From Amphiscolops sp. MND2022 (lineage: Eukaryota), in NCBI GenBank assembly GCA_964187785.1, contig OZ076409.1, positions 58,902,001 through 58,966,000 on the forward strand: a stretch of DNA of 64,000 nt, given 5' to 3'. The notes beneath the pieces are model-generated. The model was not told where the DNA came from and searched no databases. It worked only from the letters and a program-made list of their open reading frames with translations. This document shows positions 49,018-62,248 of the stretch, one piece after another (the stretch's first letter is position 1; the number at the start of each line of letters is the position of its first letter). The translations under genes and the position numbers were made by a program.

Positions 49018-51708
49018 ACTAATAACAGTATTCATCAGTATAGTTGGGGGTGGTGTTAGGTCGAAGATTGTGTTTCCCTCCTCTAGGACACGGATTTTCC
49101 ACAGAATTTTCATTTTACGATATTCCGGGCACGGTAATATCTGTGCCCCTTTTCAAAACGTTCTCATTATCGCCTAATTCATTAGTGACGTCATTTTCAT
49201 TTTCAGTCTCAATAAGCGGTTCGTTCAGTGGGGACGTCGCGTCACAGCTGCTGGCCGGATTTCATTCTCGCCGACGTTCATCCGCTCGCTGCAGTCTTCA
49301 TTCTCGTTTACGCTGCCGCGCTCGTTTTCGATGACGTAATGGTCCACACCACCTTTCGCGGCGTCGCTCAGTAGGCTTGTGCCCAAATCGGTCCAATCTT
49401 CTTTTCTCTTTTCATTAAACTCGCAGTCGATTTCTACTTCCCCTGAATTAATGTACAGGTCGTCTTGCGGTATTACTTTCTCTTCACCGGGCTGTAGTTT
49501 TTCGCCAGGGTAATTGTCTTGTAAGAGCGTATTAGGTACAAATTTTTTCAGTCTAATCCGGTGTATTATTTGCGTTTTATTGGTATTCACCCGACGCACA
49601 AAATAATTGTCCTTTGACAAGTTTTTTTGAATGACAAAAGGGCCAATCCATCGATAGTCTCTGAATGGAATTTTCGATGCTTGACTGTCAGCTTTAAGTT
49701 GTAGGATGAAACAAGAATCCTTTTCTTTAAGAGGAGCAGCTTTGGCCTTCCGGTCATAATAGTCCTTATTTTTCAAGTACGATTGCATGATGTTTTTCTT
49801 CGTTTGATCAATGAGGGTTTGTGTTCTCTTTTGTACTTCTTCCGTAAATTCTGTAGTTGGCAAAAAGTTTTTATTAGGGTTATTTCCTAAATTGTAGTGG
49901 AGGACATTGTGGGGAATGCCTCCATGAATTAGTTTGCTTGGCTCTAATCCAATACTTGAGTGGTATGTAGTAATATACTTAGGTACAGCCAGTGACAGGT
50001 ATTTGTGCCATTGGCGTCGATATTCCCCTGAGGCCATTTTCAAAACTGTTTTGAGAGAGGCATGCGTCCTTTCCTATTTGCCAATTGTTTGCGGGTGTTT
50101 TGTAGTAGCGCATTTGAGTGTTATACCCAAGATTTGTGTAATTTCTGCTACAATCGTTGAAGTAAATGCGGACCCTTTTTCTGTGATGAGGGTTGTTGGC
50201 AAGTACGAGTGTTTTGTCATGATATCAATTAACACCTTGGCTACGTTTGAAACTGTTGCCTCAATTAGCGGGTAGGCGAACTAGTATCTTCATCAATCGC
50301 CGTCATCACTGTCTGGTACCCGACACTGGTAGGTAAATTTGGCAATATATAAATCAGCATGGCATCCTGTGAACCAAGGTCCCATTCCGGCAAGTTAGGC
50401 AATTCTGGCGTGATTGCGTTGTTTGGGCCACGATTATCCTTGGCACATAGTTCGCATCCTTTTACCCCTTTTTCGACATGTTTTGCAATCCCTGAGTAGT
50501 AGTTGTTTGGCGAATTTCCTGCAGCATTTTTGATATGCCAAGATGTTTGTGTGCCGTGCCATGTTGAGCAAGTAATAATTCTTTCAACAAGTGTTTGTGA
50601 AGTAATATCTAATGATTTTTGACTTGACCAGTTTCATCATAATTTTGCCTCGTGATTACTTTGTCCTTGAGGACTATACGATCTGAGTTGTTCAAGTAGT
50701 GCTTGTACCGTATGTCCTATTGGAGATTTTCTTCAGAATATTCTTCATTCCGTATTTTCACTTCAAGTTGGAGCAGTATTTGGTCTCTAGCTTGCTCCAT
50801 CAGTATCTGATTGGTCCGTCGTAACCTTTGGGTGAAATTAATGGTTTCTTCTTTTCCTCTTTAAAGAGTTGGAAGAATGGTACCGGTTTTTAAGATACTC
50901 TTGGAATATAATTTCTATAGTAATTGAGAAAACCAAGATAACGTTGCAAGGCCTTCTTGGACTTTGGAAATTTTGTCTTTTCCAAGAAGTTAATGATTCT
51001 TTCCTTTTGAGGCTTGACACCTTCGGGGGTGATGGCTCGTCCCAAAAAATCAATTTCGGTTGCGCCAAAAAAGCACTTGTGCATTTTTAGTTTCAATCTA
51101 GTTTCTCTGGTGCATTCAAAGTCGACCTGAAGTTTTTAATGAGTTGGTTGGTGTCATTGGCTGCAATGCCGATGTCGTCGACATACTGGGCGCATTGATC
51201 CGCCTTAATCTGCTCTTGGTATTCCTCTATGTTTTCTTAATGATTTGCTTCTGAATTCGTCCGCCACAGTTATATGAGGGCCCAGGACAAATTGGTATCG
51301 AGAATCTCAGGGTCTTCATCATCGTCCGTTTGGGTATAATCGTCAGGTCGAATTTGCAAAGTTGCTTTATTATATAAATCATCGTCCCAATACGGGTCCA
51401 TTCCGTACTCGGGGTCAATGTACTGAGGGTTATAAACTTCGATCATTTGCAAGGGTCGGAATTGAGACGCAAAGTCTTTGGTATAATCCATGTCATAGTA
51501 TCGGTCTGGGCGATCGTTATGTACTACTTTATAAGTTTTGATATAGGCTTTTTCCATCTGTTGCTGCCAGACAACCGACGGGGTGCCATTGGTGTCCTTA
51601 ATATATTGGCGAAAGTTAATCGTTGGGAGGGGGGGTCTGATATGACATATTATCGAACCGACATAACATATAGTCATGTATTTGGAGTTGTGGCGAAGTC
51701 AGTTTTTC
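49018..51708 (-). pseudogene. pol: pol of element B with large deletions (protease/RT N-half and RNase H lost)
   Basis: ADQCAQYVDDIG, MHKCFFGATEIDFLG, integrase KMASGEYRRQWHKYL, WIGPF. Confidence 0.9.
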
Positions 51709-53847
51709 GACTCAGGCTTTTTAGACGCATTACGACGCCAAACAGGGAACTTTTGACTGCAACAGATCTGTTGCAGTGTGGTGTGGATTCTTCACATCGA
51801 TTACATTACGTCGGTTTTCAAGAAATGAGGAAAGTGGAGTGAAACAATTTTCTGGATTCTTGCACTAATACCTGCGTAACCTGCGAAGAATCGCCGAAAC
51901 TAAATTTTCACTGTTTTCCTGAATTCTTGAAATTTTGTGGGTTTTTCGTTTTAGCAATCATTAGCAAATTTTAGTTTGCGGGGATTCTTCACTAAATAGG
52001 TCACTTATTTGAGTTACTAAATTTTTGTGGATTCTTCGTTTCGTATGAATTAACAGATATACCATCAACAAACTTTGTGGATTCTTCCTTTTGTATATGA
52101 ACAGTTTTGTTGAATATGTTGAAATGGTTTACACAATAAAAATCCCCAGTTTGCCGAATTCTAAAAACTTTCTATTAATTGTAATGAAACAAATGATTTT
52201 GTAACAACTCCAGGAGCGTTTAAGTAGAATGTTTAAAATAGAGAAAACGCTGTTTGGCGTCGTAATGCGAGGATTGGCCTAAGGGTGAAGTTTCGTTTGT
52301 TATTCGACTTCTTGGATTTTCCTTCGTCATTTGAGTCTTCGTTGGCTTTTTCATCATGTCGGGTCCCCTTGGGACGTAGATGGGCTCCAGCGCCTTGCCA
52401 ACATCTTTCCGTTGGATGATTTTTTTGCCACAGGTTTCGCATGGTGGGTATGTTTGGCGTTGGGGTTTTTTGCCATTTTTGTCCTCCATTTTTGTTTCTT
52501 CTTCAATTTCGAACAATTTTTTGTGAAAATGGCCAGTTACCTTGTAGTAGGTGCATTGAGCTTCCTTGTTGGTGTCAATACCTGTTGACAGCAAGTTGCG
52601 GCTACTTGTAGACGCCAAGGCCATTGCAGCAATTGGTAGGTCGTCTGATTCCTCAAATGAATTAAGTTCAAGCTCTCGTTCACGATGAGCTACAATCTCT
52701 TCTCATGTCCCATTCCCCAAACGGGCCATGTTGACAGATCGTTGCAGCATTGGTGGTAATTTGGCGTACAGCAAGCTGTCAATTATGCTTTTTGCATTTT
52801 CACCAAAAGCTTTCTCGGCGCCTCAGTTAGTTCAATTCTAATAAGAAGTCAGGCAGCTTCATGGTGTTATGGTCGAAAATGAGCCAATGCCGTTTATGTT
52901 TTGCCGTAGCTTAAGATTCCGGGTTTACGTATTTGCGTCGGAATATGACCAGCACGTCCCCAAGTGTTTGACGGTTGATGGTGTTTATGTTCCTGAATGT
53001 CTGTAGTGCCCCTTTTCGCAGAAAGGACTGAAAATGGTTAATTGTCATTTACTCGGTCATCACAGGTTGCATTTTGATCATCGTATGGAACAAAACCTCA
53101 AAGAGCTCAAATTTTTCGCTCTCGCCGTCAAATGTCTTGGGGGTGGTTGTAACTGTTCTAATCGTTATTGACTGTGGTTTCTTCTGGAGATTGAATAGAA
53201 TATCAGCCAATCTGTTTAATGGGTTCTGTGGTAATTTGTGGCACTTCAGGCTCTGGGGCTGGCAGAGTCGGGTCGTGTCCAGAGAGACATTACGGGACGA
53301 TTCCTGTCTTTCAAGATTCGGGTGTGAGTGGATTCGTCCAGTCAGGAATTCAAGAGTTTGCCGTTGGGTGTCAAAAGCTCCTGTCACCATGTAAGGACTA
53401 CTATCTCTAGTGACTCTTAGATCACAAGCAGACCGTGAGACCTTCTTTGTAGATTTAGTTTTGAACCCATTGTGCCTCTCAGTGTTCTCCTGACCATTAG
53501 GTGACGAACCGGCTTCAGTGTCCCGATTTCCTGAGGATGACATTGAGCTGACTATTATTTGAATCTCTGGGATTACTGGGATTACTCTTTCAGCTATTGC
53601 TGTGCTAATCGCCCTATTTAGTGGACATTATGGACATTATTGAGTCCATCTCCTGAGAGAGTCTCATTTTAAACTCACTTTTAGGACGTGAGTTAGACTA
53701 ATTGTCACAATGACCTTCTAAATTCCCAATTACATTTGAAAAATCACGCTCAATTGTGTTGATATTGTCATTTCCAAGAATAACGTCCATCTTTTCAAAA
53801 TCCCTTGACTTTCTAGCTCTCGCTTTCTGTCTTCTAGTGGAAGGCAT
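51699..53847 (-). pseudogene. gag: gag of element B (starts in the LTR; interrupted by a MITE)
   Basis: MPSTRRQKARARKSR at 53847; PYMVTGA across the PBS; TFDGESEKFELFE; CETCGK knuckle; PESKN*. Confidence 0.88.
51728..52267. mobile_element. CMC/CACTA-like MITE (540 bp)
   Basis: 18-bp TIR CATTACGACGCCAAACAG; 2-bp TSD CG; removing it restores gag GQSSSKKPESKN; internal GGATTCTT repeats. Confidence 0.8.
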
Positions 53848-55548
53848 AAGAGACTGTTGCAAGTGGTAAGAATTGAGTTATTCTGTTGGCTTGCAAATCA
53901 GGATTTTCGTTAACAAGTAACATTTAATATGGTTAACAAACAATTTTCCGTAAGTAGTAACAAAATAAGATTGTCTCCGGGACTACGTGTCCCAGCTATA
54001 TATGTATATGATTCTGCATGACTAGAGGAGCAGGTCATGATGCTTTGTTTAACTCTTAGTTATTCTAAAAATAGATATTAGGACTGCGTGTCCTTGCTCT
54101 AGTCCGGTGACGCAATTCTAATTAGAGAAACTGCACTACGTAATATTCTATTTTTAGCAACAGGGCAGCAACAAATGACCGCGTAGCTTTGAAGGTCTTT
54201 CGGCTAAGGTATGCGACATCATCAGTTAATATACATGTAGCTTAATCATATTTCACTGCATGAAATACACGTGGAGAGAATTGACAATATGCCATTGAGA
54301 CGGTAATACATATAGTCCATAGCAACGGGTGAATTCCTGAAATGAAATAAACATTTCATGGTCTGAGTAACTTGAGGAAGGAAGTGGACGGTGAAGCCAA
54401 TTTTGTGTGAAACCGGTACATGCCTGCAACGACTACATATATCATGAACAACGATTTGCAACAGGCCATAAGGGCCATTTTTAGTCGGGGAATTTTAGTA
54501 GAAAATGTGCCCGACTATTACAGTGGGTAGTTTTTTTTACAATCACGAAAGGTCCACTTTTTTGTTCATTTGTTCAACAACCTCAAACTTCAACAACTTC
54601 AAACCTCAACAACTCCAACCTCAGAAGCGCGTCCAAAACGAAAAGAAAAAACAAAACAGACGTCCACAACCTCGAAAACACACCTTAGCCCCACTTTTTT
54701 TCAGCACTTTTTTTGAAGTTTTTTAGATTGCACCAGAGGGTCCCCCCTTCATTTGTTTCGATATTTTGCAACACAATGGATGTCAAAAAATCGCAAAGGG
54801 TCCCCCCTTTTACATTTTTCGGCACTGTGACACTGTTCAAAAATCTCATTAAAAAATTTTTTGGGAAATTTTTTCATGTCTCCAAAGGGTCCCGCCTTCA
54901 ATTTTTTCAATTTTTTTGCAACCAGCTGGAGTTTCACAAAGCCCGAAGGGTCCCCCTTTTAAACTTTGAGCCTTAGATATGGCGCCGACTTTGGCCGTTC
55001 TCGGCTTGTTATCTATTGGCACAACACTTTCATATTACTAGTTTCATTTGGACCAGCGGTCCCATAGCCGTAATGCATCGCTCTCATTAATTGAATGGCC
55101 GAGTACGCCCTTTATGTAAATGCACTATTAGCACAGTAAGTGAGAGATGCTTGATGCTCATTGGTTAATATCCACTGGGACTCGCTCTCCAAGACGACAG
55201 GCAAATAAACATTTGAACTCGTTTCCTTTGCCTGTACGCCTTGGTGTCCAATTACAAATAATGCTTTGTACATTTACATCTGAAATCATAATAAAGTAAT
55301 TGCATGTTCCAACAGTATAAATGGACTAAACTACATGTAGTTTATTTCGTTATAGCTCCGAATATTAATCCTAAACTAACAGCAACAGTAAAGGAATTAT
55401 AGGATGAAAAATGAGTTTGTTAGTTTTATTTTGTCTTTTGGACAGCGTGTCCACCTCCTTCAATCAAGGGGTATCGTTCCAGGGAAAGTGTTGTAATGAT
55501 TGTACGCGATTGAATACCAGTTGCCATCGCAGGCGGCCGCCTGCGACA
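53390..55548 (-). repeat. 5' LTR of element B (contains a HINE insertion)
   Basis: Starts TGTCGCAGGCGGCCGCCTGCGATGGCAAC; ends TTACA before the PBS. Confidence 0.88.
54478..55010 (+). mobile_element. HINE/DINE-1-like element, copy 3, inside the element B LTR
   Basis: TTTTTAGTCGG...CCCGACT; 3' GGCGCCGACT + GCCGTTCTCGGC stem-loop + TTGTT. Confidence 0.78.
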
Positions 55549-56096
55549 GTAAGTGAATTGCGAGATTCATATTAGCTGTTTGTTCACTAGAGTTGGAGGA
55601 TTTCCTGATGAGAGCATCAATTTGTACACCACTTCAATAAAAACCCAATAATAGTTAAATCTTCGTTACTTAAACACAACGCTGAAAATGGCGCTTCACA
55701 GTGAAAGGTGCTTCACTTGATTGATTTCATCATGTTGATTGATTTTGCAAAAAAGCGCAAAATTTTACGGCATTCGAAAGTACAACAAGCGCATTTTGAT
55801 GCAATTTCAATTTAAGTTATATTGAGACAGGCATAGACGCAATTTTTCACAAAATTCTAAACATTATACCGCGGTCACAATCTTGGGGAGAAAAAAGCTA
55901 TAAACCCATTTTGTCAAATTTCTTATAAAAAGTCAAACTGTTTTTCCGAAACTTCAAAAGCTGTGCTGAACATGAACTTGTCGATGGCCAAGCATGATCA
56001 TCGTTCGAATTTAGGACACTTTTTGCGACTCAATTTTTGACATTTAGATAGTGTTGATTACGTTACAAGAAACTTCACCCGAAGCAAGTAAGCCGG

Positions 56097-56514
56097 TTTT
56101 TTAGTCGGCGCTTTTATTAATAAAAAGGACCCGACTATTACAGTCACTCGTTTTTTCTTTTTTTTTCTTTAAAACAGACTCGAAGCGACGAACGTTAACG
56201 ATCAACTAAAGGAAACTAAACGAATACACGGGAAACTCATCTAAGTTATTCCAAAGGGTCCCCTTGGTTTTTTTACTTTTCAAAAGTAACCTACAAAACC
56301 GGACGGAACTAAAGGATCCCCACTTTCGATTTTTTTTCGGCACTGTGCGACTTTTTACCGAACTTTTTAAAAATCTCTAAAGGATCCCCACTTTCGATTT
56401 TTTTTTCGGCACTGTGCGACTTTTTACCGAACTTTTTAAAAATCTCTAAAGGATCCCCCCTTCGATTTTTTTGAGCCTTAGATATAGCGCGAGTTGAGAC
56501 GTTCCCGTCTTGTT
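56097..56514 (+). mobile_element. HINE/DINE-1-like element, copy 4, with an internal ~68-bp tandem duplication
   Basis: TTTTTTAGTCGGCGC...CCCGACT; 3' GACGTTCCCGTC + TTGTT; duplication at ~56310-56470. Confidence 0.75.
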
Positions 56515-57156
56515 CACTGCTAGTTTCTTCTCCGAACAGGAAGTATAATATAAACGTTACTACAGTTTTGAGCAGTTCTCAATTGTTGCTGCCTTCACTT
56601 TTTTCACTGCGTCGTATCTGAATGGTAAATAGACAGTGGAAAGCATATAAAACATTAACGGACGGCATCTAAATGTAAAAATCGCAAGAATTCAAATAAG
56701 GCAGATTTTACTTCTAAACTTGCGGTCGTTTTTCTTTTCTTGAAATTTATATTTATATACATATATGGCTATTCAGGCATATTAACATGAGGACACTAAT
56801 TTTGATAAATCACAGATTAGAAATTGCAAAGTGGAGTTCGTTTATTGGATTTCTCTTTCACGATCATGCTGCAAGGCACTCCGTGATATTTTGTATTTTG
56901 CATATTGTTGCATAACAACAAAACCATTTGTAATCAATGACACCTTCGTAAAATCAAATTCGTGAATATAAAAATTTCCGTATCAAAGAAAAGAATGGTT
57001 TCCAATAATAACCATAAATTTTATGAAAACCACCTATAAAACTTCGATCTTGTTTTGTTGGGATGGAATTTAAAACTATATGGTACATGGTTTCTCCAAT
57101 TTGATGAAAATTACTTGGTTAAAACCATTCAAGCTACTAACAATAACGTGACAACA

Positions 57157-58003
57157 CCCCGTGTAAAACATCTTGAAACTCTTGCCAAGATCTTGGATTT
57201 CCCCGCAAATTCCCGTTACCTCTTGAAACCCTTGATAAGATCTTGAAATATCTTGGACAGTTAAAAAATCTAAAAATTCTTGACAAGAGTCTTTCCATGA
57301 TTCTTGTCAAGAAATCCGGGAGATGAAAACTGCATTTAGCAAGTCTGTGATCAATTATGCATTTCACCAAATACCAACCAGGAGCGTTCGTATGGAACGA
57401 TATTTGTTTATTTAAAACAATCCAGCGGAAATATAAAAAAATATCAAATATGAAATCAGGGAAACTTTCCAGAAGTGTTTTGGAGCCAAATTGTTAAAAC
57501 AGGTTGATAACGTTGTAAAAATACAAAAAGTTTGGTACCAATTGACATTTCGTCATTTTTAGACGTGGAACTGTAGTATACTAATATAGTACACTAATTG
57601 CAGTTCACCAATTCTCTATTTTAGTGATGCTGAAGAGCATGACTTAACCAAAATGAATCAAAGTTGAGGCCCTTTTCATGCGTTTCATTCATAATCATCC
57701 ATTAATCTCTAGCCTTTTCCCGCTTATTCTTGTGTTTTCCCGGATTTCGTGGCAAGACTTTTGGCACTTCTTGGATTTTCTTGAAATTCTTGACAAGATT
57801 CTTGGTTTTTTCCGTGAGGTTTTTTGTACTAAAACTATTTTTTGCGCGTTTTTTCAGTCGATTTTTATTGAAGTTCTTGGCAAGATCTTGCAAGATCGTA
57901 CATATTCTTGGCGCTCTTGGTAAGAATTTTGTCAAGATTCTTACCAAGGCTTTCAGGAAATTGTAAGATTCTTGTCAAGAGTTTCAAGATGTTTTACACT
58001 GGG
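57157..58003. mobile_element. CMC/EnSpm-like MITE (847 bp)
   Basis: ~28-bp TIR CCC(C/A)GTGTAAAACATCTTGAAACTCTTG; many TCTTG/CAAGA subterminal repeats; TSD unclear. Confidence 0.75.
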
Positions 58004-59808
58004 CCATTCGTTTCGTTTCATATTTGCGGAAAATATCTTTTAAATTTCCTGCACAAAAGAAAAACTGAGTTTTTTAGAAACGTTGAACTTTTCCCCGCCC
58101 AGCATTTTATTTATGATTCATCAACAAATCAGAGGTTCTTAACACCGAGAATCAATTCCATTTTTGGATAGTTTTGCAAATTGAAAATTTTCTAGACATT
58201 AAAAAATCGACTTTAGTAAAATCGACCTGAAACTATTAGTTTCGAAGTTTTTGTGATAGAATGCTTCTTTAGTTTTACCTAGAAAAATGAGATTTTTCAT
58301 TACTTTGGGAAGAAAAAATCTCATTTTTCTAGGTAAAACTTTTTAAATACTAGGTAAAAAATTTTTAGAGGGATACTGGTCAGCTATATATTTCAAAATA
58401 GCGGCTAAAATGGTAAAGTTAATTTTTTGGAGTAAGGAAAATTTTTCACAACTTATGCAATCGTACCTTTTTTCTCTCCCGACCTTTCATTGAAAATTTT
58501 CTCAGAAACTTCATACGATTTTCATTGAAATTTGCACAACAATCCAACACTCATAGGTGATCAATTGCATCAAAATCGTAAGACTGGGATCTGAAAAACA
58601 GGCCCAAATTTTGTCCGAAAATGACCAAAAACGATTTTCTCAAAAAGTCTGCATACGACTCGAACGAATTTTTTTAATGATTCTACACCAAATTAGGTTC
58701 CTGTGTGCGCTATAGCATCAAGATCGCATGGCCGGGATCTAAGAAACACAGCTAAAATTGGCCAAATCTTCATAAAGTAGGTAACTTGGTTTTCAATATT
58801 TTATCAGTTTCCGACTTTTACCGCACATGTGTGTCTGGTGAACTTATTGCATTCAGGAAAATGCACCTTCTCTTTCCAAAAAAACGCATTTTGAGTTTTA
58901 TAAAAATAAACGAAGATACCAGTATAGCACTGGCATTGTCTTTGGCCCGAATTGTCTGTACCCTGGTTAGAACCGCTCGAATTTTTAACAAGTTTTTGTA
59001 GGTTACCACGCTAATTTTCTATGATTTTATAAAATTTTCGAAGAACGTCCATGCAAACTTCACCGATTCGATTTAATTTTATCAAGCTTGCTATAAGATG
59101 CATCCTAAATTTGACGACAATTCTGCGCCGCAAAGTTTTACAGGTTTCATAGGGACACCATTCTAATTTTGAAAGCAGTTGAGACCATCATCAATTATAC
59201 AGCGTTTTCAGTGCAAATAAACTTCAGTCACAATATAATTATAATGTGACTGAAGTTTATTTGCATTAGGATTCAAAGTAGCGTAACATTTAGCGTGCTA
59301 TTCGACTAACAGTGATTACATCCGGTACTTGAGCAACTATCGCGTGAAAACAAAGTGATCGCGACGGTAAAGATATGGAAATGTTTTCAGTTTCAATTCA
59401 AATAGTGGAGGCTTCATTGTAATCCCGCAAAATCTTTCCATGCAGGTTCCCGGTTTTTTCCATGTTTTGTAAAAAATTAGCCTGCATGTTTCCATGCAGC
59501 ATGTAAACAGTTCAAGCAATCTCGACTAGGGTTAGTTCTATATATTGAATCGCACAAAATTGTATTAATCATACAGACCTGAGCATTGTATTTCAACTTC
59601 AAAAGTCCTGTGAAAAATTTCCAAACTTTTTAAAAGCATTTTGTTGAAAAGAGCTTTCGCATTTTTCCACAAAACGTATTTTGAGTCTGACATTTGCTGA
59701 CTGAGTGTGAAACCAGTTTTGATTTATTTTGGCTGACAAGGCACCGGGATAGTTTAGCAATGACATTATCTTATAGCCCGAACGTAGCCCAAACGAAATT
59801 GTAAAAAC

Positions 59809-62248
59809 ATTGGACAGTTATTGTTTTGACTTGTCTCTTTCTACTTTAGGAAGCTGCTTTTTTTTCTATACAACAGTAAGATGAACAACTAATTGTCTCA
59901 TTAATAAGCTCTAAACGTGCAATGAAGGTCTTGCTCAATGCCCAAAAATAGTGAGTTCAGTGGAATGCACCAACACAAGTCTAAAGCTATAACCATTATC
60001 CGATGACACTCAAAATTCGTTTTCTGAATGAGCCTCATTCAGAGATAAATTCTGAGAATTACCTTAAATTTATTTTCTGGAAAGCCTGTTACATTGGTAA
60101 TTGTTTCGTTGTTAAACTCCGAAAGTTTTTGAACTCACTTGTGTCATACGGTTCATCTGATCTAAAATACTTTTACCGTATTTCGGCCATAGACAGCCTG
60201 TCTACATTTGCAAATAAGAACTGTTGATATAAAACTGAGTATATAATTTTGAGTTTTGTCTGCCATACGTTTTAGTTACAAAGTCTAACGTAAAGTTCTA
60301 GAACGTATCTTATTTTGAGAATACAAAATGGCGCAATCAGCAAATTTTTAAAACAAAGACACGGCAAATTTTTATTACAACTCAAACAATGACAGAAAGA
60401 AACATAATACCGAGCGACGGCAACGGATGGAAATCCGGCATTTAAACCGGAACAATGTCTGGAAAGACTCTGGGCAGTTCTGCAAACGATAACGCAAGAT
60501 CGACATTGCGCCATTGCTGAAGGAAGAAGATGTTACAGATTACAGTTGAACTAGATAACGGCGAGCTTTGCAGGATTTTATATGAGAAGTGGGACCCGAT
60601 GCACTATACCAAACAACCAGAGCCGAATACAAAACGGAACCTGATAGCATTTAAGTTAAAGACTTTATACGGTTGTTTATCGAGTACTGCCTACCAAAAC
60701 GTAACACCTACCACAACCGATGAGACTTCTTTTGTGTCAAACAAGCCGAAAAGAAACACCGGAAGAATTTTGGAGACAGTTATTCGGAATTGAAAAAGAA
60801 TGCAACTTCAACAAAGCATCAGTTGAAGAATTACTGATATCAAACTATCAGACAGCAATCACCAATAAAAAATTGCCGGACAAAATAATGAAAGAAAAAT
60901 TCTTGGAACTGAAGAAACCATCGAAAGAATTAAACGGAACACATAGGAAACGAAAAGTGAAAAGAACAGAATACCGGAAGCGCTAATTACGATGAAGAAA
61001 CGACAAACAATAAAAGACAAATCGATACGAAGAAAGGAGAAACTCGGAGCGAGACCGAAGGGCAGATGTAACGGAAATAACTGAAATACCGGAAACGGAC
61101 AAGGCAGATTCTGCAACACTACAAACTGGAGCCACATACTCGAATGTCCCGCATTAGAGTCAAATTGTAACAAATGCGGGGTAGGAAATTGGACAGTTTT
61201 TGTTTTGACTTGTCTCTTTCTACTTTAGAAAACTGCTTTTTTTCTATACAACAGTAAGATGAACAACTAATTGTCTCATTAATAAGCTCTAAACGTGCAA
61301 TGAAGGTTTTGCTCAATGCCCAAAAATAGTGAGGTCAGTGGAATGCACCAACACAAGGCTAAAGCTATAACCATTATCCGATGACACTCAAAATTCGTTT
61401 TCTGAATGAGAATTACCCTAAATTTATTTTCTAGAAAGCCTGTTACATTGCTAATTGTTTCGTCGTTGAACACCGAAAGTTTTTTTACTCACTTGTGTCA
61501 TACGGTTCATTTGATCAAAATTACCTTTACCGTATTGCGGCCATAGACAGCCTGTCTACATTTGCAAACAAGAACTAGTGATATAAAACTGAGTATAAAA
61601 TTTTGAGTTTTGCCAAGCTATGCAAGAAGATTTTATATGGGAAGTGGCACCCGATACACTCTACCAAATAACCAGAGCCGAATACAAAACGGAACCTGAT
61701 AGCAAAAAAGTTAAAGACTTTATACGGTTGTTTATCGAGTACTGTGTACTGAAACGTAACACCTACCACAACCGATGAGACATCTTTTGTGCCAAACAAG
61801 CCGAAAAGAAACACCGGAAGAAATTTGGAGACAGTTATTTGGAATTGAAAAAGAATGCAACTTCAAAATAGCATCAGTTGAAGAATTACTGATATCAAAG
61901 TCTAAGACAGCAATCACCAATAAAGAAATGCCGGACAAAATAATGAAAGGAAAATTCTTTGAACTGAAGAAACCATCGAATTAGTTAAACGGAACATATA
62001 CGGAACGAAACGAAAAGTGAAAAGAACAGAATACCGGAAGCGCTAATTACGATGAAGAAACGACAAACAATAAAAGACAAATCGATACGAAGAAAGGAGA
62101 AACTCGGAGCGAAACTGAAGGGCAGATGTAACGGAAATAACTGGAATACCGGAAACGGACAAGGCAGAATCTTTAACGCAACAAACTGGAGCCACATACT
62201 CGAATGTCCCGCATTAGAGTCAAATTGTAACGAATGCGGGGTAGGAAA
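59809..62248. repeat. Tandem duplication (59809-61187 and 61188-62248; second copy has a ~310-bp deletion)
   Basis: ATTGGACAGTT...TTGTTTTGACTTGTCTC recurs at 59809 and 61188; ORFs 60859-61173 and 61985-62275 are near-identical. Confidence 0.9.

Larger units (their letters stand above)
41793..55548 (-). mobile_element. Element B: decayed relative of element A with the same gene layout
   Basis: LTRs TGTCGCAGG...TTACA; TSD GAAAG (41788-41792) / GTAAG (55549-55553); same PBS; gag, deleted pol and both accessory genes. Confidence 0.92.

Noticed and set aside
58961..59531. Possible TIR pair CCCTGGTTAGAACCGCTCGAA / TTCAAGCAATCTCGACTAGGG
   Set aside because: Too many mismatches and no clear TSD to call an element.
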